Source: an uncultured Pseudomonadota bacterium
GTDB lineage: Bacteria > Pseudomonadota > Gammaproteobacteria > Steroidobacterales > Steroidobacteraceae
DNA length: 64,000 bases
Direction of reading: 5' to 3'
Assembly (NCBI GenBank): GCA_963824395.1
Contig: CAWGPF010000004.1
Location: forward strand, 220,872 to 284,871
This document shows, one piece after another, positions 26,659 through 36,920 of this stretch; positions within the stretch are counted from its first letter, which is position 1, and every line of letters starts with the position of its first letter. The notes beneath the pieces were generated by a model. It was given only the letters and a program-made list of their open reading frames with translations, ran no database searches and had not been told where the DNA came from. The position numbers were made by a program, and so were the translations under genes.

Positions 26659-27636
26659 ATGGCAACTCAGACGGTTTCCGACCCCACGATGTGGACGGGA
26701 AATCTCCATGCAAATGTGATCGGCACCTTCCTGGGCAAGCCGCGCGTCGCCCCGTCGGCCGCAGCGCTGCGCGCGGCTGGCGCCAATGTGGCATTCGTCG
26801 GGTTCCCGTGGGACGGTACCTGCATCAGCCGGACTGGAACCAATTTCGGTCCGCGCGGTTTGCGTGAGGCGAGCGAGCAGTTTCTGAGCTACAACGCCAA
26901 CACGGGCGTCGATCTTACAGACACCCTCACGATCGTCGACTGTGGGGACATCTCGGTTGTGCCGGGAAATTCAGTATCGACCCAGAACAATGCGGAGCAA
27001 TTTATCGCCACGCTGTTGTCCGCCGACGTGCTGCCGGTCATCGGCGGCGGTGACCATTCGATCACCATCGGGCCGGGACGCGCCTTTGCCAAGCATTTCA
27101 GCCGCTGCGGCATGATCCACTTTGACACCCACCTGGATACTGCACAGGACGTCGGTGGTGAGACGCTCAATCACTGCTGTCCTATTGCACGCGCGGTCGA
27201 TGCCGGGTTTCGCCCCGAGAACATCGTCACCATTGGCCCCAACGGGTGGATGAATCCGCGGTCGGAACTGAAGTACGTGCGCGATCGGGGCATCACGCTA
27301 ATCACCTTGGAAGAAGTCTGGGAGCGGGGGGCGGAAGCGATTGGCAAGCGCGCGGCCGAGGTGGCCTCCAAGGGTACCGATGCGGTCTATCTCACCATCG
27401 ACATCGATGTGATGGACGCGGCCTGCGCGCCGGGGACCGGTGTACCCACCCCTGGGGGCATGACGCCCCGTGAAATCATTGGCATTCTCGGATGTTTCAA
27501 AGCAGTTCCGCTAAAGATGATAGATATCGCGGAAATCTCCCCGCCTTGGGATCCTTCGGGCATTACCGCGAGACTCGGGATGCGAATTCTCCTCGAGGCA
27601 CTCTCTAACGTGGCCACCTGCCGGCAACGCGCCTGA
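26659..27636 (+). CDS. arginase/agmatinase-family ureohydrolase (guanidino-compound hydrolase)
   Basis: Mn-binding motifs GGDHSIT, FDTHLD and DIDVMD. aaggag lies 5 nt upstream of ATG 26659. Confidence 0.9.
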   Translation: MATQTVSDPTMWTGNLHANVIGTFLGKPRVAPSAAALRAAGANVAFVGFPWDGTCISRTGTNFGPRGLREASEQFLSYNANTGVDLTDTLTIVDCGDISVVPGNSVSTQNNAEQFIATLLSADVLPVIGGGDHSITIGPGRAFAKHFSRCGMIHFDTHLDTAQDVGGETLNHCCPIARAVDAGFRPENIVTIGPNGWMNPRSELKYVRDRGITLITLEEVWERGAEAIGKRAAEVASKGTDAVYLTIDIDVMDAACAPGTGVPTPGGMTPREIIGILGCFKAVPLKMIDIAEISPPWDPSGITARLGMRILLEALSNVATCRQRA

Positions 27637-27638
27637 CA

Positions 27639-29084
27639 GTGACCGAAGGTACTTCAGGTCAAAGCGCACCCGCGGCCGCAGAGCCGGTACTGCTTCGGGA
27701 GTTCACGCTCAGCTCGGCGTTTTCGTTAGCGTTCGCCTTCATCTCCCCGATCGTCGGGGTCTATTCGATCTTCGCGTTGGGGATGTCGGCAGCCGGGCCC
27801 GGCTTCTGGTTCGGTTTTCCGTTAGTACTCGCGGCGCAGATGCTCGTCGCGCTGGTGTTCGGAATGCTTGCCTCACGCTTCCCGCTGGAGGGCAGCATCT
27901 ACCAGTGGTCAAGGCAGCTGATCGGGCCGCGCTATGCCTGGTTCGCAGGATGGACCTATGCATGGACGCTGCCTATTGGTATGGCAACCGTTGCCTTGGG
28001 TGGGGCACAGTTCATGGCCGAACTGCTCGGCCTTGATGCGAACGGCAAGCTCGTCAGTGGCACGCTGTCGCTCGGGCTTCTGGCGGCCGCCACTTGGGGT
28101 AACACTCATGGCCGACACATTCTCAAGGCGATTGTAGGCCTGTGCATCTTGGCGGAGATCGTGGGCTCGATTGGCGTCGGGATTCTGCTCCTGACATTCC
28201 ACCGCGTTCATTCTCCGGCGATTCTCTTGAACAGCGACAATTACTTCGCCGCCGGCCGCTTTGCTAGTCACCTATTCGACACCAAGTTTGCAGTATCCAT
28301 CGCGCTCGCGGGCTGGGCCTTCCTGGGCTTCGAGAGTGCCGGGTCGATCGCCGAAGAGGTGCGCGATCCGGAGCGTGTCATCCCTCGCGCCATGATTCTG
28401 TCACTGATGAGCGTCGCGCTCGTGGTGGCATTTGCTGCGTTTGCCCTGATTCTCGCTATTCCGGACCCGACACACATCTCACCCGACTCCGACCCGGTCG
28501 CCGACACGCTGGGGTTAGCCTTCGGCAAGTTGGGGGCGAAGGTTATGCTCGCCGTGTTTATCGTGGGCTTCTTCGCTTGCATCGTCAGCATGCAGGCCTC
28601 CGTGTCCCGGGTGCTATGGGCCTTTGCGCGCGACGACGAGTTGCCAATGTCGGGGTGGCTCAAGCGCCTAGCCGGCAGGGATCGCATGCCAGTGAACGCG
28701 ATCCTCCTCGCAGGCGTCGTCGCCGCAGGAATGTATCTGACAAGCTTTACGAAAATTTACGCGACCTTGGTGGCGTTTACGACGGTAGGCTTTTATATCT
28801 CGTTTGCCTTTCCGGTTTTTGCCGCCGCGCTGTGCGTTTTCAGGAGGACGTGGCGGCCGGGAATCTTTGATCTGGGCTACCTGAGCACCCCCGTCATCCT
28901 GGGGGCCTCACTCTGGGTGGCTTTTGAAATTCTGAACATCGCGTGGCCGCGCAGCCTGGAAAGCGCATGGTATGAACGCTGGGCGGTTCCTTTGATGATT
29001 GTCATCATCGCTGCCTTGGGATTGTTGGTGCGCAGCCGCCTCAGTGCACGTTCTGCAAAATTGCCAGTCCGACAGCGACCATAG
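27639..29084 (+). CDS. APC-superfamily amino acid/polyamine permease
   Basis: ~12 hydrophobic segments with ...FGMLASRFPLEGSIYQW... The GTG lies 2 nt after the agmatinase stop. Confidence 0.85.
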   Translation: MTEGTSGQSAPAAAEPVLLREFTLSSAFSLAFAFISPIVGVYSIFALGMSAAGPGFWFGFPLVLAAQMLVALVFGMLASRFPLEGSIYQWSRQLIGPRYAWFAGWTYAWTLPIGMATVALGGAQFMAELLGLDANGKLVSGTLSLGLLAAATWGNTHGRHILKAIVGLCILAEIVGSIGVGILLLTFHRVHSPAILLNSDNYFAAGRFASHLFDTKFAVSIALAGWAFLGFESAGSIAEEVRDPERVIPRAMILSLMSVALVVAFAAFALILAIPDPTHISPDSDPVADTLGLAFGKLGAKVMLAVFIVGFFACIVSMQASVSRVLWAFARDDELPMSGWLKRLAGRDRMPVNAILLAGVVAAGMYLTSFTKIYATLVAFTTVGFYISFAFPVFAAALCVFRRTWRPGIFDLGYLSTPVILGASLWVAFEILNIAWPRSLESAWYERWAVPLMIVIIAALGLLVRSRLSARSAKLPVRQRP

Positions 29085-29121
29085 ACCACGCAGCGCAACG
29101 CAGGCGCTGCCAGTGCACAGC

Positions 29122-29715
29122 TCACCCGTGCTGCGGATGGCAGCCCAGGTAGCCCCAGATCTCGGCCCACTGCCTGCGCATGAAGCCCCGCATATTGGTC
29201 CAGGGGCGCGTGATTGAGACGAAACAGATGCCGTCGAGATGTGCGGAGATGAAGACTGCCGCGACGCCGGGATTCATCCGCTTGAAGTCCCCCGCCTTGA
29301 CGCCGTCCGCGACGCAGCGCCGCAGAATGCCGTGCTCCTTCTGATAAAGCTTGCGAACCTGGGCGTCGATCATAGAACAATGGCGTGTCGTGCTCTGATA
29401 GTGAATCAGAATCCGCGCCATCTGCCGCAGGGGCGCGAAGAACTGCGCATTCACTTTGAACCACTCATCGAGAGCGCGCTTCGGATCGGAAGTCCCAGCG
29501 ATGCGCCGCTCATACAGCTCGAAGGCCTGCGTCATGGCGTGTTCAATCACGGCGGTGACCAGACGTTCCTTACTCTTGAAGTAATAGTACACGAGGGCGC
29601 TGTTCACGTTGGCCCGCACTGCGACCTGGCGGACCGTGACCGCCGAATACTCACTGGAAGAAAAGACCTGCAGCGCGACCTCAAGAATCTCTCGGCGACG
29701 CGCGGCCGGTGCCAT
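29122..29715 (-). CDS. TetR-family transcriptional regulator
   Basis: N-terminal HTH RRREILEVALQVFSSSEYSAVTVRQVAVRANVNSALVYYYFKSKE. Confidence 0.9.
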   Translation of the reverse strand: MAPAARRREILEVALQVFSSSEYSAVTVRQVAVRANVNSALVYYYFKSKERLVTAVIEHAMTQAFELYERRIAGTSDPKRALDEWFKVNAQFFAPLRQMARILIHYQSTTRHCSMIDAQVRKLYQKEHGILRRCVADGVKAGDFKRMNPGVAAVFISAHLDGICFVSITRPWTNMRGFMRRQWAEIWGYLGCHPQHG

Positions 29716-29768
29716 GCGCTTACGCGGCGGATATCGGCCCTGAGAACCCTTGTTTATGATCTTCTCTC

Positions 29769-30674
29769 TCAGACGGCGTGACGCGTGGCAAGGAATTCAG
29801 CAACCATGTGCACCAGGGCACGCTCTGAACTCACCCGCAGCTTGCGGTAGAGGCGGCGTTTGTAGTTCTTGACGGTACCGAACGCCAGGTTCAGTTGTGC
29901 TGCTATTGCGCGGTTTGGCAGCCCTTCCATGGTGAGGATCAAAACCTTGCGCTCCTGGGTGCTCAGATGATGTACGCCGTGAAATTCCTCAATCGCCTCG
30001 CACCGGCTAAGGTGGGTTGCGGCGGTCCGTCTCCCAGGGTACGAATCGGAGCGGGTGCCGAACTGCCCCGGCAGCGCTGAACGCTCGAGGTGGAGTCGAT
30101 TGGCCTGCGTCAAGACCGGATAGATTGATTCCGCGAGCCGGACGACACCAGGATCGAACCGTCCGGAATCCTGGTTGAAGCAGACCGCGACCGCCGCGCC
30201 GTCAGGGCTTGGCAGCATGATGGCGAGCTCGTCGAAGATGCCGGCATGCCTCAATAGCGCCGCACGATACCGCGACAGTCGCACGGCACCTTGGAGCGCT
30301 CGCAAGGTCATGACGCGGGGCGGCACGCCTTCCTGCACCGTTCGATACAACGGGTCATGCTCGTACAATGAATCCAGATAGATTTCGCTCGCCGATCGCG
30401 AGAACGAGCGGTTGAAGAGAAACACAGGTTTGGAGCTGCGGCGGTAGGAGAGCGCAAGATACCGACCACAGCCAAACAATGAGCACAGCTCCGCGGCGAT
30501 TGCCGAGTAGAACTCAGGACGCCCTACCGCGGTGAGCATCTCCGTGATGCAGGAGAGAGCATGCTTGGCGTCCCGCACCGGAGTGGTGCGGAAGGGCCGC
30601 GTGGACGCACCAGCTCTGGGCGGGCCGGTGACCAGACTGTCGATGCGCGACCCGAGACTTGTTCTGCTTTGCAT
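29769..30674 (-). CDS. LuxR-family transcriptional regulator
   Basis: C-terminal HTH LSTQERKVLILTMEGLPNRAIAAQLNLAFGTVKNYKRRLYRKL. It is divergent from the GS-like gene. Confidence 0.8.
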   Translation of the reverse strand: MQSRTSLGSRIDSLVTGPPRAGASTRPFRTTPVRDAKHALSCITEMLTAVGRPEFYSAIAAELCSLFGCGRYLALSYRRSSKPVFLFNRSFSRSASEIYLDSLYEHDPLYRTVQEGVPPRVMTLRALQGAVRLSRYRAALLRHAGIFDELAIMLPSPDGAAVAVCFNQDSGRFDPGVVRLAESIYPVLTQANRLHLERSALPGQFGTRSDSYPGRRTAATHLSRCEAIEEFHGVHHLSTQERKVLILTMEGLPNRAIAAQLNLAFGTVKNYKRRLYRKLRVSSERALVHMVAEFLATRHAV

Positions 30675-30813
30675 CGGTACGTCCTTTTCGGCGGATCAGG
30701 ATAGTGCCCGTAGGCACTACTGTAGCCCGTTGCACGGTCGGGAATCTACATGTCTACTATTAAGCATCGGGTTAATAACATCAACGCCGGGCGCAAAAGC
30801 GCCGGAGTGTCGT

Positions 30814-32157
30814 GTGGCGAGTATTGGCGACCTGCAGGAGTCTCTTCAGCAACGCGGAGCGAAGTTCTTTATCGGCGCCTACGTCGATGGGCTTGGCGTA
30901 CCGAAGTCGAAGATAGTTCCGCTCGGTTCTCTGGCGGCCGCCGTGGATGGATCGGAGCGCTATACGGTGGGGGCTCTCGAGGCCTGCGGGGAGCTGGGGC
31001 CGAACGAGGATGAGTGCGTCGGTTTCCCCGATATCGAGCGCATGGTGGTGTTGCCCTGGGACGCGCGCTATGTACTGGCACCGACCGATCTGAAGTTCCA
31101 GGGCAGTGCCTATTCCCATTGCTCTCGGAGCGTCCTCAAGCGCCAGGTGGCTGCGGCCGGCGCACTAGGGTTCACCTGCAACATGGGGGTGGAGCCGGAG
31201 GTCTACGTGCTTCGGCGCTGTGCGGAGCGAGGCTGGATTCCTTTCGTAGACGAGGACACGTGGAACCGGCCGACCCGCGGCTACGACGTTGACACGACGC
31301 TGCTGGCCGACCGATTTTTGCTGCCGATGGTCGAATACATTGATGCCTTGGGCTGGGGCACATACTCGTTCGACCATGAGGGCGGGCAGGGGCAGTACGA
31401 GTTCGACTTCGGCTACACCGACGTCCTAAGCATGGCGGACCGGATGCTGTTGTTTCGTCTTATGGCGAAGCATGTCGCGCGCTCACTGGGATGCATCGCC
31501 TCCTTCATGCCCAAGCCCTGGTCGGAGGCCTTTGGTTCAGGCGCACACCTGAATGTGAGCTTGGCTCAGAATGGTAGGAACGCATTCACGGAGGGCGCAG
31601 ACGGCGAGGGATACAGCCGCATTGCCTATCAATTCACCGCAGGCGTGTTGCGGCACCTGCGCGCCATCACCCTGGTCGGTTGCCCGACGGTGAACTCCTA
31701 CAAGCGCTTAAATCCACGCGGCAAGATGAACGAGATGTCGTGGGCGCCGGTGTACGCCGCGTACGGTCACAACAACCGCACGCTGGCGGCGCGTCTGCCG
31801 ACGAATCGCTTCTGCTTGGAGGTGCGGCACGTGGATAGCGCCACCAACTTCTACCTAAGCTCGGCCATGGTGCTGGCGGCCGGCCTGGTGGGGGTTCGCG
31901 AGCAGCTCGATCCCGGTGAAGCGTGCGAGGTCAATACTTACGAGTTCTCCGAAGCGGAGCTGAGTGCGCGGGGCGTGAAGCGTCTGCCGAGGACGCTGGG
32001 TGAGGCGATCGACGCGTTTGCGGATGACCCGTTCGCAATCGAAGTGATGGGTTCTGCGTTTCATGCCTCCTACGTCGCCTACAAGCGGCGCGAGTGGGAA
32101 GACTACTGCCTGACCGTGGACGAGTGGGAGCGGGAACGCTACCTGCATGTTTGGTAA
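30814..32157 (+). CDS. glutamine synthetase-family ligase (gamma-glutamyl-amine synthetase-like)
   Basis: GS catalytic-domain motifs MGVEPEVYV, FDHEGGQGQYEFDF, FMPKP...GSGAHLNVSL, NSYKRL and RTLAARLP. GTG 30814 follows ggag. The track ATG at 30532 would overlap the divergent LuxR gene by >140 bp. Confidence 0.85.
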   Translation: MASIGDLQESLQQRGAKFFIGAYVDGLGVPKSKIVPLGSLAAAVDGSERYTVGALEACGELGPNEDECVGFPDIERMVVLPWDARYVLAPTDLKFQGSAYSHCSRSVLKRQVAAAGALGFTCNMGVEPEVYVLRRCAERGWIPFVDEDTWNRPTRGYDVDTTLLADRFLLPMVEYIDALGWGTYSFDHEGGQGQYEFDFGYTDVLSMADRMLLFRLMAKHVARSLGCIASFMPKPWSEAFGSGAHLNVSLAQNGRNAFTEGADGEGYSRIAYQFTAGVLRHLRAITLVGCPTVNSYKRLNPRGKMNEMSWAPVYAAYGHNNRTLAARLPTNRFCLEVRHVDSATNFYLSSAMVLAAGLVGVREQLDPGEACEVNTYEFSEAELSARGVKRLPRTLGEAIDAFADDPFAIEVMGSAFHASYVAYKRREWEDYCLTVDEWERERYLHVW

Positions 32158-32191
32158 GCAGACAGTCGCATCGTGCCGGAGATCATGACCG

Positions 32192-32944
32192 ATGCCGCAA
32201 TGGGAGCGTTGTACCAGCACCGAGCTCACAGCTCTGATTGGCGGGGGCATGGATCTTGCCATCCTGCCTGTGGGCGCCACCGAGCAGCATGGGCCGCACC
32301 TCGCCACCGGCACCGATACGTTCTCCGCCGCATGGGTGGCGGAGCAGGTGGCCGGGCGTACTGGCGTCTTGGTGCTGCCGGCAATCGCCTACGGGTGCTC
32401 GCTGGGACACACGGATCATTGGGCGGGTACGCTGTCGCTCGGGCCCTCCACCCTGACTGGCATGGTGCTCGACATCGCACGGTGGGCTGCCAGGTCGGGA
32501 ATCCGCCGCCTGCTGATGTTCTCCGGCCACGCGAGCAATGCCCCGTCACTTGGGAGCGCCGTACTCCAGCTGCGCTACGAGTTGCCTGCGGTCAGGTTCC
32601 GCCAGCTCGGCATATGGGAGATATCACCGCGCGTGACCGAGATCTACTGTCGCGACGGCCGCGAGGTGCACGCCAATCGCGCCGAGACGTCGCTTTTGCT
32701 GCATGCGGCGCCTGACATGGTGAGAAGAGAGCTGGCCTTCGACGTGCCGGACGTGACACATGGGCGGTTCTGGTCCTACGACATGCCGCGGACCACCGCT
32801 ACCGGTGTCGTGGGGCGTCCGACGGAAGCCAGTCTCGAAGACGGGGTGGCGATGGCGGCCATCGTAGTAGACGAGTTCGAAGCGGTCATTCGCGCGGCAG
32901 TGACCGAGAGCTGGCCCGATGTGCCTGCCGGGCCACCCCGATGA
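32192..32944 (+). CDS. creatininase-family amidohydrolase
   Basis: LAILPVGATEQHGPHLATGTD is the signature N-terminal metal-binding segment of the creatininase/MftE/ArfB fold. Confidence 0.85.
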   Translation: MPQWERCTSTELTALIGGGMDLAILPVGATEQHGPHLATGTDTFSAAWVAEQVAGRTGVLVLPAIAYGCSLGHTDHWAGTLSLGPSTLTGMVLDIARWAARSGIRRLLMFSGHASNAPSLGSAVLQLRYELPAVRFRQLGIWEISPRVTEIYCRDGREVHANRAETSLLLHAAPDMVRRELAFDVPDVTHGRFWSYDMPRTTATGVVGRPTEASLEDGVAMAAIVVDEFEAVIRAAVTESWPDVPAGPPR

Positions 32945-33040
32945 ATTTGACCCGACGCATCGAAGCCGCGATGCGATCGGGTGTCGTGACAGCGAGTGCA
33001 AGCTTCCACAACAAGATTTAGCGGAACGGGAGAAAACTAG

Positions 33041-35410
33041 ATGCGAACCCAGCTGTGTGTCCTGCTTGGAGCCTGCGCACTCGTGTCGGGGGCCTCAGCC
33101 GCCCGGGCGGGTAGCGACGCTGTAGGTGAGGACGCGGGCGAGACACTGCCTGTCAGCAACGCCTCTGGCTCCCCGTCTACGACGGCTGAGAGCTCGCAGC
33201 TGCAGGAGGTGGTCGTATCAGCACAGCGTCGCAGTGAGCGCCTGCAGGACGTGCCGGTCAGCGTGAGCGCTTTTGATCAGAATGCGATCGCGAAGCTCGA
33301 TATCAGCGACATCCGCGATATAACGCGGCTCACGCCCGGGCTGGACAGCACGGTATCGTTCGGCGGTCAGCCGGTAGTCTCGATCCGCGGCATCATCTGG
33401 AATGTCGGCGCGGCAACCACGGGCATCTACATTGACGACACCCCCATTCAGGTGCGCTTCGTCGGGCAGGGGGAGACCGCGGGCAACGCATTTCCGGACC
33501 TGTTTGATATTGACCGCATCGAGGTGCTGCGCGGACCCCAGGGGACTCTTTTCGGCTCCGGGTCCGAGGGCGGAACGATCCGCTTCATCACACCGCAACC
33601 CAGCCTGACACAGTGGGAGGGTCACGCCCGGGCCGAAATGTCATTTCTACAGAATGGCGAGCCCGGGTCACAGTTCGGCATCGCCGGCGGCGGCCCGATC
33701 GTGGACGGCGAGCTTGGCTTTCGCGTCAGCGCCTACATCGAGCAGAGTGCCGGCTGGATCGACCGAGTGCCATACGGCGTGCCGGGGGGCCAGGTCGACA
33801 ATAATGCGAACTCGGGAAATACCCAGACGCTGAATGCAGCGATGACCTGGGCGCCCACGCAGAATCTACGTATCACACCGTCACTGTACTACCAGCGGGA
33901 GTACCAGGCGGACATCGGTCAGTACTGGCCGATGCTTTCCGATCCGTCGGACAACAAATTCATCAATGGCTATATCGCGCCGCAGCCAATTCTGGATCGC
34001 TTTGTCCTGCCGGCGCTCAAGGTCAGCTGGGATCTTGGCGGCGTGTCGCTGTATTCGAACACGTCTTACATGGATCGGACCCGGGATATCACGCAGGACT
34101 ACTCGTTCTACGTTACCGAGCTTCTGAGCGGGGGGATAGCGCCGCCGGTAGAGCCCGCTCCCACTTATATGAAGAACCCTCAGCAGCAGTTCACTCAGGA
34201 AATCCGCCTGCAATCGAACGACGAGGCGAGTCGTCTGCGCTGGGTCGTCGGCGGCTTCTTCCAGAGAATAGCCCAGCAGGCTGACCAGACCATCGTATCG
34301 CCGAATCTCGGGGTGCTCACCCAGGCTTTCTATGGAACGACGGTGGAAGGCGCGTTCGGTGTTCCGCTTTTGCCGGGGGGAGTCTCCTACGAGGGCTTCG
34401 ATGAGACCGTCGACAAGCAGGAGGCCATATTCGGCCAAGCAGACTTCAAGCTGACCTCGCACTGGACGCTGACGGGAGGGCTGCGCTACGCACACACGAC
34501 GTTTGATCACTCCAACTATCAGGACGGCCCAATCAACGGCGGCACATCATCGGCCACCAACGGTAGCTCAGAGAACGACGTTCTACCTAAGGGCGGCCTG
34601 AGCTACAAGCCGAGTGAGGACCTCATGTTCTATGCCACCGTGGCGAAGGGATTTCGTCCGGGTGGCGGCAACACGCCGGTGCCGACATCGCTGTGTTCAG
34701 GGGATCTGAAGACGCTCGGCCTCACCGACGCGCCCCCGACCTATGGGTCAGACCACGTCTGGAGCTACGAGCTCGGCTCGAAGGGGGATGCGCTGGCGCG
34801 CCGGCTGCAGTGGGAGGCCAGCGTGTTCTACATTAAGTGGAGCGAGGTGCAGGGCTCCATATTGCTGCCCTCGTGCGGCTTCAATTTCATCGCAAACCTG
34901 GGCGAGGCGGTGAGCAAGGGGTTCGATCTCCAGCTTAACCTACTGCTAACCGACGACCTGGTACTGGGCGCGACGCTCGGCTATACCGATGCCAAGTACA
35001 CCACAACCGTAGATGGCCCGAACTCTACGCCGATCGTCAGCGACGGAGACCGACTGCAAGCGGCACCATGGCACGGAACGCTGTCGCTGGATTACAACGT
35101 CTGGAAATCCCAGAGCGGCGCGGTCACGTATGCCCATGTCGACGGGCAGTACACCAACGGCTACATGAGCGGTAACCCCGATAACGCGCTGTATGACCCG
35201 ATCATGAATAAATTCCACAGCAACTTCTTCGCCATGACGCGTGTCGGATTCAAGCAGAAGGGCTGGGACGTCTCGCTGTTCGTCAAGAACCTGACCAATT
35301 CGCATTCGGATCTGTTCGATCAGCACTGGGTGCTGACAACGCCGCTCGTGACCTCGGGTACATATACTCCGAGAAGCATCGGGGTCACGGTAAACTACCA
35401 GCTCCAGTGA
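33041..35410 (+). CDS. TonB-dependent receptor
   Basis: Signal peptide. Plug motifs LQEVVVSAQRRSERLQDVPVSVSAF and IDRIEVLRGPQGTLFGSGSEGGTIRFIT. The terminal aromatic context is ...GVTVNYQLQ. Confidence 0.9.
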   Translation: MRTQLCVLLGACALVSGASAARAGSDAVGEDAGETLPVSNASGSPSTTAESSQLQEVVVSAQRRSERLQDVPVSVSAFDQNAIAKLDISDIRDITRLTPGLDSTVSFGGQPVVSIRGIIWNVGAATTGIYIDDTPIQVRFVGQGETAGNAFPDLFDIDRIEVLRGPQGTLFGSGSEGGTIRFITPQPSLTQWEGHARAEMSFLQNGEPGSQFGIAGGGPIVDGELGFRVSAYIEQSAGWIDRVPYGVPGGQVDNNANSGNTQTLNAAMTWAPTQNLRITPSLYYQREYQADIGQYWPMLSDPSDNKFINGYIAPQPILDRFVLPALKVSWDLGGVSLYSNTSYMDRTRDITQDYSFYVTELLSGGIAPPVEPAPTYMKNPQQQFTQEIRLQSNDEASRLRWVVGGFFQRIAQQADQTIVSPNLGVLTQAFYGTTVEGAFGVPLLPGGVSYEGFDETVDKQEAIFGQADFKLTSHWTLTGGLRYAHTTFDHSNYQDGPINGGTSSATNGSSENDVLPKGGLSYKPSEDLMFYATVAKGFRPGGGNTPVPTSLCSGDLKTLGLTDAPPTYGSDHVWSYELGSKGDALARRLQWEASVFYIKWSEVQGSILLPSCGFNFIANLGEAVSKGFDLQLNLLLTDDLVLGATLGYTDAKYTTTVDGPNSTPIVSDGDRLQAAPWHGTLSLDYNVWKSQSGAVTYAHVDGQYTNGYMSGNPDNALYDPIMNKFHSNFFAMTRVGFKQKGWDVSLFVKNLTNSHSDLFDQHWVLTTPLVTSGTYTPRSIGVTVNYQLQ

Positions 35411-35456
35411 AAACAGCATCAGATGTCCCGATCGAAGGACCTGTGAGTCCGGGCAA

Positions 35457-36920
35457 ATGGATGGCCCGGAGGAACTGAGTTCGCTTTCGGCGGTGGCTGC
35501 GGTGCGAGCGCTGCGTGCGGGCGACGTGAGTGCAGAGGCGTATGCGGGCTCGCTGCTCCGGCGGTGTGAGCAGGGCGCGAGCCTGAACGCGTTCATTACA
35601 TTGCAGTCAGAACGGGTGTTGGAGTCGGCGCGTGAGCGGGACCGCGAGCGGCTAGCGGGAAGGCCTCCGGGACCGCTGCATGGGTTGCCGATTCCGATTA
35701 AGGACAGCGTTAACACCGGTGACCTGCCAACCACCGCCGGGACGGCCGCATTGCGGCACTTTCGTCCGAAACAGGATGCAGCCCTGGTGGGCTCACTGCG
35801 AGCGGCCGGTGCCATCGTGCTGGGTAAAACGAACCTGCATGAGCTGTCGTACGGTTACACGAGCTACAACCATGCCTTCGGGCCCGTCGGGAATCCCTAT
35901 GCGCCGATGCGCAGCCCCGGCGGCAGCAGCGGCGGCACGGCAGCCGCAGTTGCTTACGGGATGGCGCCATTGGGGGTAGCGGAGGATACAGAAGGGTCGA
36001 TTCGGGTCCCGGCCTCCCTGTGCGGAATTGCCGGATTCCGGCCGACGACCGGGCGTTACCCCACCGAGGGGTGTGTCCCGATTACGCCGCTCTTTGATCA
36101 GATTGGGCCGCACGCGAGGACGGTAGAGGACCTGGTGCTGTTCGATGCCGTAATCAGCGGCAGGGCGCCCGTGCGGAGGGCTCCTCTAAAAGATGTCCGG
36201 CTGGGCGTCATTCGCGCCCCGTTCTATTCAGGTCTGGATCCTGAGGTCGAAACCATTTGTTCGGGGATTCTGCGCCGGCTGGCTCGCGCAGGGGTCAGGC
36301 TGGTGGAGGGTAGCCTGAGCGAGATCGTGCCTCTGGTGGCGGCCACGACCCGACAGGTACAGACGCACGATTTCCGTCCATCACTCACGCGGTACCTCAG
36401 CCACTACGGTGCTTGCGTCTCCTTCGAGGCAGTAATGGCCCAGGCCAGCGCCAATGTGCGGGCGGCGATCGAGCCAGGAATCACGCCCGGGAGTCGAGAG
36501 CATATTTCCCACGAGCAGTACGGCGAGATTGTGAAGACTTACCTGCCGGCGCTGCGGGGAGCATTTGCCCGCTATTTCGCGGACTCCGGTGTAGCCGCAA
36601 TAGTTTTCCCCGCCACCATCACTGCCGCACCCATGCTCGGAGAGGATGACATGGAGGTCGAGGTGCGCGGGCGGCGCATGAGGTTCGATGCAGCGATCAG
36701 CCGGAACATCGCCCCCGGCAGCACGGCCGGACTGCCGGGTCTGGTATTGCCCGCGGGACTGACAAAAGCCGGACTGCCCGTGGGCCTCGAACTTGACGGC
36801 CCCGCGGGCTGCGATCGCGCCCTCCTGGCGCTGGGTCTCGCAATTGAGGCTGAGATTGGCACGCTGCCGCCGCCGGACCTGCCCGGTGACCGCGTGAGCT
36901 TCCTGCTGGGACGGGCGTAG
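35457..36920 (+). CDS. amidase (amidase-signature family)
   Basis: AS motif GGSSGGTAAAVA with upstream IPIKDS and downstream TEGSIRVPASLCG (Ser-cisSer-Lys triad context). Confidence 0.9.
   Translation: MDGPEELSSLSAVAAVRALRAGDVSAEAYAGSLLRRCEQGASLNAFITLQSERVLESARERDRERLAGRPPGPLHGLPIPIKDSVNTGDLPTTAGTAALRHFRPKQDAALVGSLRAAGAIVLGKTNLHELSYGYTSYNHAFGPVGNPYAPMRSPGGSSGGTAAAVAYGMAPLGVAEDTEGSIRVPASLCGIAGFRPTTGRYPTEGCVPITPLFDQIGPHARTVEDLVLFDAVISGRAPVRRAPLKDVRLGVIRAPFYSGLDPEVETICSGILRRLARAGVRLVEGSLSEIVPLVAATTRQVQTHDFRPSLTRYLSHYGACVSFEAVMAQASANVRAAIEPGITPGSREHISHEQYGEIVKTYLPALRGAFARYFADSGVAAIVFPATITAAPMLGEDDMEVEVRGRRMRFDAAISRNIAPGSTAGLPGLVLPAGLTKAGLPVGLELDGPAGCDRALLALGLAIEAEIGTLPPPDLPGDRVSFLLGRA

Noticed and set aside
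30532-30813. N-terminal 94 codons of the GS-like track ORF.
   Set aside because: They would overlap the divergently transcribed LuxR gene by more than 140 bp, and they encode Arg-rich sequence with no GS similarity. GTG 30814, preceded by ggag, gives a normal-length GS-family protein.
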